Below are positions 30,258 through 38,946 of a stretch of 64,000 nt of DNA, piece after piece. How positions within the stretch are numbered: position 1 is the stretch's first letter; every line of letters starts with the position of its first letter. A model generated the notes under the pieces. That model had not been told where the DNA came from. It searched no databases and saw only the letters and a program-made list of their open reading frames with translations. The translations under genes and the position numbers were made by a program. The DNA is from Carpediemonas membranifera BICM (lineage: Eukaryota; Protista; Fornicata). The DNA lies in contig JAHDYR010000005.1 in assembly GCA_019828565.1 (NCBI GenBank), positions 1,569,992-1,633,991 of the forward strand. Reading direction: 5' to 3'.

Positions 30258-32036
30258 CTACGATTCGAACCTGGCGAGCACGGCGGCGAGCACCTTTGCC
30301 CGGTGGCGGTCGGACAGCTCAAACTCGGTGGCCAGCTCTTCAGTGATGGCCTCAGCGCCCATACCACGTGGGAAGCAGATCCGCTGCGGCTGGGTCGACC
30401 CTGGGAGCCGGAGGTTGATCACAATGTCCTCCTCCTCGTCGTCGAAGCCGTCATTCGTCGCTGCTGGTGGAGGCAGGGCTTCTGGCGTCCCATCGTAGTC
30501 CGGGTCCGCCCCGAACTCCCCGCCCCCATTGGCCGAGCTCTGGTCCAGTCCGACATCAACATCACCAGACAGCTCGCCATTACCACTGCCCAACCCCATT
30601 CCGCTCGGGGGAGACGTCGGGATCGGCGCGCGGTCACCACCGCCATGGCCACTGTTCAGGGGTGACCCTGCCTGCCCCCTGAACTGCCGCTGAGTCTTGC
30701 TGGGCTGGTGGGGGATTACTAGCGGGGAGAGGGAGGGGGCCTCAGTCTCCTCGAGCTGCTTGTACTGGAAGTCCGAGATCTTCTCCTGTACTAGCGCCAG
30801 GAGCTTCAGGGCGTCGTACTGCCTCAGCTGGAAGGCCTTAGAGAACGACTCCACCAGCTCGACCGGGTCATCGCCTTCTCTCACAGCAATAACACCGCTC
30901 TTGCCCTTGCCCAGGGGTACTTTGAGCCTCAGGAAGGGCGCCTTGGGAATCTCCCGTGACGGGGCGGACATGGACGCTTGCTCGACCACCCTGTTGATCG
31001 CTGATTGTACCATCTTCTGCAGCGTGCCCTGGTAGGCGGGCGTCAGCCCATGATCCTCTAGGAACTGCTGGGCAACATCGTAGGATGAATCTGTCACTCT
31101 GATTGTCATGTCGTCGATATACGAATCTCCCAGAGATACAGAGAGTGTCACTTGTTCGAGTTGGGAGATACATGACATCAGATCCCGGCTGTGGCTTGCT
31201 GTTCGTCTGGTGCGCTCTGTCACAACAGGAGCGGTCGAGGCGTATCCACTGGATCTGTTTTCCTTCACCTCCCTATCCCCAGATCCGCCCATATCTATCG
31301 TCAGAACCGGCACCGCCGTCGGGCTTGGTTTCTTGAGGCGGACAGGCGAGGGACTGGGCCTCCACCGTGGTCTCCGAGCCGGGGTCCGGGGCGTCGGGGC
31401 CTTGGGCTGGGCCAGCTCGGCCATCCTAGCAGCCTGCTCCTTCCTGCTGGGTGGCGGTGAGGTTTGTATGGGGCTATTGACGGTGTCCCGGGGCAGACTG
31501 GGGCGGGGGCTCCCGGGTGAGGCCTGGTTTGGAGACTCGTCGACGCAGATGGGGCCTGCGTCATCAGAGGTCACGGGAACTAGGGCAGCCTTGGCGTCTA
31601 GTGCAGCGAGGAGGAGGATGAAGTTGCCCGTGGCTGTCTGGGGCGAGACGTGCAGCGAGAAAAGAAGATTCGTCATGCAGAACGACTCCAATTTCTGGGC
31701 AGCAGGGTTCACTGGGTTGGTACCAAGGCCGAGGACGATGACGTTGCTCAGAGGAAAGGACATACGCTTCAAGGCGGAGAGCCAGTTGGACGATAGCTCC
31801 TCTGTTGGGTCAGGACGATCGGTATTCACAAGAATGAGGAGGGAGCGCATGTGTTTGATATCTGAGAGACCAATCTGTGACGGTGCTTGCCGTAAGGGCA
31901 CTATTTTCATCTCCACGCCGTCATCGGTTGTTCTTTGAATGCAAGAGTCAATGAGCTCCTCGCCGAGGTTATTGCTCATACCACGAAGGAATTGGTCAAC
32001 ATCGAGGCTTATCGAGGCTGCACCAAAGACGAGCAT
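30258..32036 (-). CDS. Unknown protein: possible degenerate small-GTPase-like N-terminus and three PFU-like repeats
   Basis: 592-aa ORF with three internally similar modules of about 60 aa (LSVSLG..IRVTDSSYDVAQQF, LKVPLG..VREGDDPVELVESF, INLRLP..FPRGMGAEAITEEL). Confidence 0.55.
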   Translation of the reverse strand: MLVFGAASISLDVDQFLRGMSNNLGEELIDSCIQRTTDDGVEMKIVPLRQAPSQIGLSDIKHMRSLLILVNTDRPDPTEELSSNWLSALKRMSFPLSNVIVLGLGTNPVNPAAQKLESFCMTNLLFSLHVSPQTATGNFILLLAALDAKAALVPVTSDDAGPICVDESPNQASPGSPRPSLPRDTVNSPIQTSPPPSRKEQAARMAELAQPKAPTPRTPARRPRWRPSPSPVRLKKPSPTAVPVLTIDMGGSGDREVKENRSSGYASTAPVVTERTRRTASHSRDLMSCISQLEQVTLSVSLGDSYIDDMTIRVTDSSYDVAQQFLEDHGLTPAYQGTLQKMVQSAINRVVEQASMSAPSREIPKAPFLRLKVPLGKGKSGVIAVREGDDPVELVESFSKAFQLRQYDALKLLALVQEKISDFQYKQLEETEAPSLSPLVIPHQPSKTQRQFRGQAGSPLNSGHGGGDRAPIPTSPPSGMGLGSGNGELSGDVDVGLDQSSANGGGEFGADPDYDGTPEALPPPAATNDGFDDEEEDIVINLRLPGSTQPQRICFPRGMGAEAITEELATEFELSDRHRAKVLAAVLARFES

Positions 32037-32248
32037 CGACGAGATATCTGCGTCGGCCGAAAACTACGCGCAAATCTGACAATTGGGTAATCGGTCAAAA
32101 CCCCGTCTGCTGATCGTTCAGAGCCACCAGCCAACATATACGTTTGAGCATGAGGTGTGTTGTTCAGTTTTCTGAGTCGCCAAGTCGAAAACCGGTAGGG
32201 CATTGAAATCCCGCCGCCGAAACAGGAGAAAGAGCCACAACGCTTAAC

Positions 32249-33142
32249 ATGAGTATGACTCAAGCCGAACAGCTCGATAAGATCTGTGCGGCGCTCGTCG
32301 ATCCAATCAGCGGCCACGAGATGAATGAACCAGTCCTACTCCGCTGTGGAACGGTAGTGGATGCTACAAGCGTGCGCCACGGCCACTGTCCACTAACTGG
32401 AGACGACGAGGATGTTTCATCGCTTCCTCGTGTTCGTGCTCTGACAGGACTCATCGACTCCGTGCGTTCCATGAGCATCCCCCCCGGGCCCCTGACCGAA
32501 GCTGCCCGCACCCGCGCCACCCGCAACGAGCTGATGATGCTCATCCGCGAGGAGAGTACTATGTCCCAGGAGACGGCTCGCGTGGAAGCAAGGGAGCGTA
32601 CACTGGCGCATGAAAGCGTGCGTGCGGCGGAGATGGCCAAGGTGACGTCTACCAGGGTGAGCAAAGCTGAGGCCGAGCTTGCCCGCACCAGGAGGATGAG
32701 CCGGCATCTGTCGGAGGAGATCAGACACCGCCGTCAGCTGGCGGACAAGGCCAGGGCCGTAGAGAGGCTGATGGCGACAGGAAACGACCCGGACGAGCAT
32801 GAAGACCTCGACGAGCTCGACCTCGATGCCTTAGCTGTTTATCGTATCGGCAAGGTCATGAAAGAGCTCGAGAAGTCGGACCAAGCCATCGCTCTCTTGG
32901 AAACAGCACAGGCCAGGGCTAGAGCAGTCGGTCAGAGGGCTGAGCCTGTGTTCGAGTCGCCAGGGTCCACGGAGAAGCGGGTACAGGCCCGTCTGCCCGT
33001 CCGCGGACCTGAGGCCGGGTCTATTGTCATGCCGAGCAGGGCTGGGTTGGTGCAGTGGCAAGGGGCGTTCGAGAGCGGGCTGAAACGGCGGAAGAAGAAA
33101 GGTGTGGGTGTCCGGAAGAAGGCCAAGAGGGGCAGCAGGTGA
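32249..33142 (+). CDS. U-box/RING-like domain and coiled-coil protein
   Basis: LVDPISGHEMNEPVLLRCGTVVD...CPLTG; basic C-terminal tail. Confidence 0.7.
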   Translation: MSMTQAEQLDKICAALVDPISGHEMNEPVLLRCGTVVDATSVRHGHCPLTGDDEDVSSLPRVRALTGLIDSVRSMSIPPGPLTEAARTRATRNELMMLIREESTMSQETARVEARERTLAHESVRAAEMAKVTSTRVSKAEAELARTRRMSRHLSEEIRHRRQLADKARAVERLMATGNDPDEHEDLDELDLDALAVYRIGKVMKELEKSDQAIALLETAQARARAVGQRAEPVFESPGSTEKRVQARLPVRGPEAGSIVMPSRAGLVQWQGAFESGLKRRKKKGVGVRKKAKRGSR

Positions 33143-33274
33143 AGCATGGGCTGTAGAACTACATTCAAGAGCGGGGGTGGGGCTACTGGCAGTTGTGGGC
33201 AGTCAGCTCACTCTGACGAGACCGAGGTATATTGAGATTTGGCGAATTTTATAAAATTCTTGAGGTGACACGCA

Positions 33275-34519
33275 ATGGACGATGAAGCTGCGCAACAAGC
33301 GCTCTATGCGCTGATATCATCGAAAGAAGGCCAAATTGAACATCTACAGAACCAAGTGGAGGAGCTGATGCAGAAGCTACGCGTCCAGTCGGGCAAAATG
33401 CGGGATGATGACGAGTACAGCCGAACACTGAGCTCCGTGGAGGAGGAGCTCTTCCTTATGACCCGTATTCTCGGGATAACATACCTATCATCGCCCTCTC
33501 CGTCGCTTTCCGGCCTCGACATCGCTAAGATGGCCGGATTGGTCAGGAGTTCAGTCGAAACGCTCGCCAAGGAGCACAACACCCTCCAGACAGAGTATGA
33601 GTCACTGAAACAGCGTGTGATAGACACCATGGACGAACAAACAGCCACTGCCGTCGTCCACAACCGGGGGGCCGATCCAAGAAGCGTGGCGACCCAAGGA
33701 ACCAAGGCTGACGGCCTAAGGAGGTCTAACGCGGCACTGCAGACAGCGCTTGACCAGGCGGAGCTACGGCAGTTGAGTATTGAGGCGCAGCAGAGTGGGG
33801 CGATGACTGGGGTGCTGAATGAGGCCAAGGAGAAGATCGCGGACCTGCGGAAGGAGAACGACGCCCTGCACCGGCGGGTAGACGAACTTACAGCGACACA
33901 GCAGGCTAATGACAGGAGCTATACCAAGCTGGCGTCGTGCGAGACTGAGAGGGACCTGCTGAGAGTCGAGATCGACCGGGAGAGGGCCGAGAAGAAGGAG
34001 ATGGCGACGGAGCTCAAGACTACGAGAGAAAAGCTGGACGCCACACAGACTGAGAATGCAAGGCTGGCGACTGTCTTGTCTACCGCCCCGCTTGGACCTC
34101 ATCGCACAATCAAGCGGAAGACGACCAAAAAGGGAAAGAAGGGGAGAAGGGCTGCAAGAGTCCTCTCAAATACTGAATCAGATCTCATGTCGCGTGCTAG
34201 AGCGGTCGAGCTTGAGCACCGACTCCGTACCGAACAGAGCAAGGTAAGGATACTAGCAGATAGACTTGACAAGGTTGTCACGGCGTTTAATGAGACAGAA
34301 GATGACAAGGAGAAGCTGCAGGCTAGCATAGCCAAGCTTTCTAGGGCCAACAACGCCGAGTCGACGTCCAGGAAAGCGTTGCAGTCACGGTTGGATCGTA
34401 TGGGGTCGGTTATCGAGACCGTGCGGGGTCCCAGGCTGGCAGACGTCCTCGACTGTGATCATAAGAGGATACTCGCCGAGCTAGACTTCGGGGAGGCCGA
34501 CCTACTCGCCCTGGAGTGA
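33275..34519 (+). CDS. Coiled-coil protein
   Basis: 414-aa ORF with heptad-rich E/L/K/A composition. Confidence 0.7.
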   Translation: MDDEAAQQALYALISSKEGQIEHLQNQVEELMQKLRVQSGKMRDDDEYSRTLSSVEEELFLMTRILGITYLSSPSPSLSGLDIAKMAGLVRSSVETLAKEHNTLQTEYESLKQRVIDTMDEQTATAVVHNRGADPRSVATQGTKADGLRRSNAALQTALDQAELRQLSIEAQQSGAMTGVLNEAKEKIADLRKENDALHRRVDELTATQQANDRSYTKLASCETERDLLRVEIDRERAEKKEMATELKTTREKLDATQTENARLATVLSTAPLGPHRTIKRKTTKKGKKGRRAARVLSNTESDLMSRARAVELEHRLRTEQSKVRILADRLDKVVTAFNETEDDKEKLQASIAKLSRANNAESTSRKALQSRLDRMGSVIETVRGPRLADVLDCDHKRILAELDFGEADLLALE

Positions 34520-34717
34520 AGAAGAGGTGATGACGACAAAACATTGATCACGGGATAAATCGCAGCTTAGAGTTCAATACAATGGTCACATCGGGTGAAA
34601 CTTTACAGTGTTGGTCGCTGGATGCAACCATTGATAGTGCCAGAAGGCCATCATCGGTCAGCAGCCGCCATTCAACCGTCATGACAAGCACAAGTCCCAC
34701 CAGAGTCCTAATACCTC

Positions 34718-37700
34718 TTACCAGTACGTCAGACGCTTGACAACACCACCGATGCTCTCGGGGAATGTCCGGATGACCCACTTCCTGGTCTCATCGTACA
34801 GGAAGATGAAGAAGACGAACGGCAGGGCGGGCAGGAAGTGATCCCAGTAGAGATACTCCGTCTGGAGAACGGGGTGCAGCAGCGGGAAGTAGACGATGAA
34901 CAGGCCGAGAATGGTCTCGAACAGCAGCCCGAATATCATGATCTTGTTGTTGAGCAGGCCGTGGGAGTAGAACGACAGGCGGCGGGTCTTGCAGATGAGG
35001 AGGTCGGCCCACTGGACCATGATGATGCTGAAGAAGAATGCTGTCTGGGCCCGGCGGTGAATGGTGTTGTACGCGTCCGTGTCGGGCAGCTCAGCCGTGT
35101 GGCTCGAGAAGAGCGTGATGATGCGGTCCCACGGGATACCGCTGCTCCGCATCACGTAGAAGTACGTCACGAAGCCGGCGACGGCCTGCATGATGCCGAT
35201 CTGCAGATACGAGAAAGAGATGAGTCTGGTCGTGACGAGGCGGTCCTTCTTAGCGTCCCGTGGCGGCAGGTTCATGATATCGGCCTCGGGGTCCTCGTAT
35301 GCGAGGCTGATGGCGGGGATCATGTCCGTTCCAAGGTCGATGCACAGAATGAGCACCGTCGTCAGGGGCAGGGGGATGCCGAGGGCAATGAACGAGAGGA
35401 AGGGCGTGATCTCGGGGATGTTGGACGATAGTGTGTTGTGGGTGATGATCGAGGAGGCCAGGGTGTAGAGGTGGTCGTCCGCATCGACCTCGATGCCGAA
35501 GTACTCCTCGGGGGCGAGCTTGGTGATCTTGTCGATGTTGGCAGGGGGGACAGTTTCGGACTCGGAAGCGAGTCTGGGGTTGCGACGGGAAAGCTGCTTG
35601 CCCTGCTGGCGGGCATTGTAGAAATCTTCAACGGGAATGTTCTCAAAGACGTGTCTGGCAGTTCCATGGGCGCGGGTGTCTTGACGGACAGTGTGCATGA
35701 GATGGCCCTCGCAGAAGTACTCGGTGCAAGTGTTCAGAGCAGCTGGCTTGCCCCAAGAGTAGTTGACCTCGTACATGGGGCGCTTATCACCGTCCTTGTG
35801 GTGGAGTCCAACGACGCGAGTGGGCTGGCCCATGGAGCCGAGAACCATGTCGCCGACCTTGATGTCCTCAATCTTCATGGTGGACATGTCGGCCATGCGG
35901 ACAAGGGTGCCGGCGCGGTGGCAGTAGGCGATGCTCTTCTTGAGGTTCGAGAAGATCAGCCGGCCCTCCTTCACGCCCGTGACGATGGAGCGGAAGGAGT
36001 CGTCGAGCAGGATGAGGTCGGCGGCCTCCTTGGCGACGTCGGAGCCGGTCAGGTTCATGGAGATGCCGATGTCGGCCTTCTTAATGGCAGCAGCGTCGTT
36101 GGTGCCGTCACCCGTGACCGCAGTGATGTAGCCGAGGCGCTGACAGGACTCGACGATCAGGAGCTTCTGCTGGGGTGACGTGCGGGCAAAGACCACCTCC
36201 TCGAACGACGAGATGATGCGGTCGAGCCCGTCGTCGTCGATCTGGCGGATAGTGTCGCCGTGGATGACGATGGCGTTGGCCGCGCTGTAGTCGAGCGAGT
36301 CCTCGGCCACGCCCTTTTCCTCGGCGACCTCGTCCAAGGTCTTCTGGGTGATGATGTTGACCTGCTTGGCGATGGCCTTGGCCGTCACGGTGTGGTCGCC
36401 CGTGACCATGATAGTGCGGATGCCGGCCGTCTTGCACTCGAGGACGGCCTCAGGGACGCCCTCCTTGGGCGGGTCGACCATGGAGATCATGCCGAGGTAC
36501 TGGAGGTTGTCAATGGGGAAGCGGTCGGGGTCCTCGGAGTCGAACTCGAAGCCGCGAGGGAACTGGTCGGCCGGCAGGGGCAGCTGGGCAAAGCCGAGCA
36601 CGCGCTCGCCTTGGCTGCCGAACTCCTTCTGCGCCGCGGCGATCTTGCGGCTGGCGGCGTCGTCGAGGGGGACGGCTCCATTGGCTGTGACGATGGTGGT
36701 GCAGCGGGCAAGGATGCGCTCGGGGGCGCCCTTCATGACCATGACATGGTGGTATGGTGCGTCATCGGGGGCATCCGGGATGGCGTGGATCGACGCCTGG
36801 TACTTGTTGGCGCTGTTGAACGGGATCTCGGCGAGCTTCTTGTACTGGGCGCGGTACTCGGCGAGGTTCTCATGCTGGACGTGGGCGAAGCGGAGCAGCG
36901 CAGTCTCGGAGGCGTCGCCGTTGATCTTACGGAGGAGGGCGTTGGGCGTCTCGTCCTCAACGTCGAAGTACGACCGCGAGCAGAGCGAGATGTCGCGAAG
37001 GAGGTCGCGGTAGACCTCGTTGTTGGCGTCGTAGGTGCCAGAGAATGTTCCCTCAGCGTACGAGGCCTTGGCCTCAGCGACGGTGAGGTCGTAGAAGAGG
37101 TGGGAGACAGTCATCTTGTTCTGGGTAAGCGTGCCCGTCTTGTCGGAGCAGATGCAGCCCGTGGAGCCGAGTGTCTCGACCGACTCAAGGTTCTTGACCA
37201 TGCACATCTTCTTCCGCATCTTCTGGGCCGTGAGTGTGAGGCCGACTGTCACGGTCGCCAGGAGGCCCTCGGGCACGTTGGCGACAATGATGCCGATGGC
37301 GAAGAGAACGTTCGTCATGATGGCGGTCGGCTCGCGGATGACACCGACGATGAAGAAGGTGACGCCGAGGAAGATGGCGATGGCGCTGATGATGACCACG
37401 AAGCGGTGGATCTCGCGGTTGATCGGCGTGCTCTCGGCGCCCGTGGAGGTTGTGAGCGAGGCGATGCGGCCCATGACGGTGTTATCGCCGCACTGGACGA
37501 CGACCGCCCGGCCCTGGCCCTCCAGCATCAGCGTGCCGAAGAATGCGAGGTTCTGTGTCTCGAGGGGGTTCTGGTGCGTCGTTGTCGCCGTCCTGGACTG
37601 GGGTTCGGACTCGCCCGTGAGAGACGCGTTGTCGACCTTGAGGCCGTGGGACTCGAGGATTCGGACGTCCGCGGGCAGCTTCATGCCGGCCTCCACGTCA

Positions 37701-38671
37701 ATGACGTCGCCGACGACGAGGTCCTCGGCGTTGGCCTTGATCTTCTCCCCGTCCTCGTAGACGGTAGCGATCGTGGGAATCATGCTCTTGAAGCCGTTCA
37801 TGATCTTGCTGCTCTTGCCCTCCTGGTAGAAGGAGAAGATGCCGGTGGCGATGACGACAAAGGACAGCACGACGCCGATGTATACGTTGTTAATGTCAGC
37901 CTCGTTCCATCCGGCCTTGATGGGCTCCCAGACAATGGTCTTCCAGTCACCCGTGTCGGCGTCGGTGAGCTTGGAGATGGCCTCGATGAGGAACGGGGCG
38001 AAGTAGGCCAGGAAGGAGAGGAAGGCGCCGAACCAGAGCAGCAGCGAGAAGATGCCCGTCATGCACTTCAGGAACTTCACGATGGCGGGGGTCTGGTGGG
38101 GTGGGGTGAGGCGGTTCTTGCCGTCGCGCTTGAGACGCTCGGCACGGTCGGCCTTGTGGAGGCCGCGCACAAAGTCGCTCTCGAAACGCTTCTCGAGCTC
38201 TTCAAGCGGGACAGTGTGCTCGTCCATCTCGAGGTCCTTGCGGAGCTCGGCCTGGCGGGCGTCAACGGGGGCCTTGCCAGGGATAAACTTCTTGACGATA
38301 GGGATCTTACGGAGGATGCTGGTCTTGGTCTTGGTGGGGGCCTCAACCTCCTCGGGGATAGAAGGGGGCATGTCCTCATCGTTGCCGTGGAATTTGAGGT
38401 CGAGGAGGCGTTGGATACGAATAGACTCACGCTGGAAGGCCGAAGCTCTCAGGGTATCTCCGTCAAGGCTCTTGCGGGGACGGACCTGGTTATCCAGGCG
38501 GTCCTTCTTTCTCTGGAGCTCCGGGTCTTCGATGTCGAGGACAGGGCGAATGTTGGCCTCTAGAGAACGAGCATGACGACGGGAATCGTCGTCATCCTGG
38601 GATCTACGGGTGTAATCCAACGATAAGGAACGCTTGGGCGTATCATCAGGGTTGTCGCGCTCATCTGTCAT
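34718..38671 (-). CDS. P-type IIC ATPase (Na+/K+-ATPase alpha-subunit family) precursor containing an intein
   Basis: LTGESEP, IVANVPEGL, CSDKTGTLT, MKGAPE, MVTGDH, FARTSPQQK, TGDGTND, NLKKSIAY/TLSSNIPE, ILCIDLGTD, QWAD, YDE and C-terminal LTYW. First ATG at 38671. Confidence 0.97.
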   Translation of the reverse strand: MTDERDNPDDTPKRSLSLDYTRRSQDDDDSRRHARSLEANIRPVLDIEDPELQRKKDRLDNQVRPRKSLDGDTLRASAFQRESIRIQRLLDLKFHGNDEDMPPSIPEEVEAPTKTKTSILRKIPIVKKFIPGKAPVDARQAELRKDLEMDEHTVPLEELEKRFESDFVRGLHKADRAERLKRDGKNRLTPPHQTPAIVKFLKCMTGIFSLLLWFGAFLSFLAYFAPFLIEAISKLTDADTGDWKTIVWEPIKAGWNEADINNVYIGVVLSFVVIATGIFSFYQEGKSSKIMNGFKSMIPTIATVYEDGEKIKANAEDLVVGDVIDVEAGMKLPADVRILESHGLKVDNASLTGESEPQSRTATTTHQNPLETQNLAFFGTLMLEGQGRAVVVQCGDNTVMGRIASLTTSTGAESTPINREIHRFVVIISAIAIFLGVTFFIVGVIREPTAIMTNVLFAIGIIVANVPEGLLATVTVGLTLTAQKMRKKMCMVKNLESVETLGSTGCICSDKTGTLTQNKMTVSHLFYDLTVAEAKASYAEGTFSGTYDANNEVYRDLLRDISLCSRSYFDVEDETPNALLRKINGDASETALLRFAHVQHENLAEYRAQYKKLAEIPFNSANKYQASIHAIPDAPDDAPYHHVMVMKGAPERILARCTTIVTANGAVPLDDAASRKIAAAQKEFGSQGERVLGFAQLPLPADQFPRGFEFDSEDPDRFPIDNLQYLGMISMVDPPKEGVPEAVLECKTAGIRTIMVTGDHTVTAKAIAKQVNIITQKTLDEVAEEKGVAEDSLDYSAANAIVIHGDTIRQIDDDGLDRIISSFEEVVFARTSPQQKLLIVESCQRLGYITAVTGDGTNDAAAIKKADIGISMNLTGSDVAKEAADLILLDDSFRSIVTGVKEGRLIFSNLKKSIAYCHRAGTLVRMADMSTMKIEDIKVGDMVLGSMGQPTRVVGLHHKDGDKRPMYEVNYSWGKPAALNTCTEYFCEGHLMHTVRQDTRAHGTARHVFENIPVEDFYNARQQGKQLSRRNPRLASESETVPPANIDKITKLAPEEYFGIEVDADDHLYTLASSIITHNTLSSNIPEITPFLSFIALGIPLPLTTVLILCIDLGTDMIPAISLAYEDPEADIMNLPPRDAKKDRLVTTRLISFSYLQIGIMQAVAGFVTYFYVMRSSGIPWDRIITLFSSHTAELPDTDAYNTIHRRAQTAFFFSIIMVQWADLLICKTRRLSFYSHGLLNNKIMIFGLLFETILGLFIVYFPLLHPVLQTEYLYWDHFLPALPFVFFIFLYDETRKWVIRTFPESIGGVVKRLTYW
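35435..35923 (-). mobile_element. Mini-intein (HINT domain, 163 aa, no homing endonuclease) in Na+/K+-ATPase helix M5
   Basis: 489-nt in-frame insertion between SIAY and TLSSNIPE. Starts CHRAGTLVRMAD..KIEDIKVGDMVLG, block B FCEGH, block F EEYFGIEVDADDHLY, block G IITHN followed by Thr. Confidence 0.95.
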
Positions 38672-38946
38672 AGCTGAATGCCACAAACGAACGCAGGCAG
38701 TGTTTTATGCAGGTTAAGGCAAGAATTTTTTCCTGCAAAAATTCGATTTCGGCAGATCGATCTCATGTGCATGGGGCTGCCAAAATATCCCTGGCGATTT
38801 AGTCTTGAGCTTGGCATGGCTTTTGTTGTCTAGCTGATCGCAACTCAACTCTGGTGTGGTCTCGGATGCAGCCTAAGAACGGCGTCGGATCAATGGCCAT
38901 GGGGTGTGGCACAGAGCCAATAGATTTCACTTTAATACAAATCGGC

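Noticed and set aside
35426-35434. ACA-CTA-TCG codons just after the intein as a homing co-conversion tract
   Set aside because: ACA and TCG occur elsewhere in the gene; one uncommon codon is not evidence.
35435-35923. ATPase insertion read as a retained spliceosomal intron
   Set aside because: It starts TGC and ends AAC rather than GT-AG, is far longer than local introns, is stop-free and encodes intein blocks.
36260-38563. 767-aa ORF antisense to the ATPase, and similar antisense ORFs over other genes
   Set aside because: Shadow of strong C/G-ending codon bias on the coding strand; no motifs.
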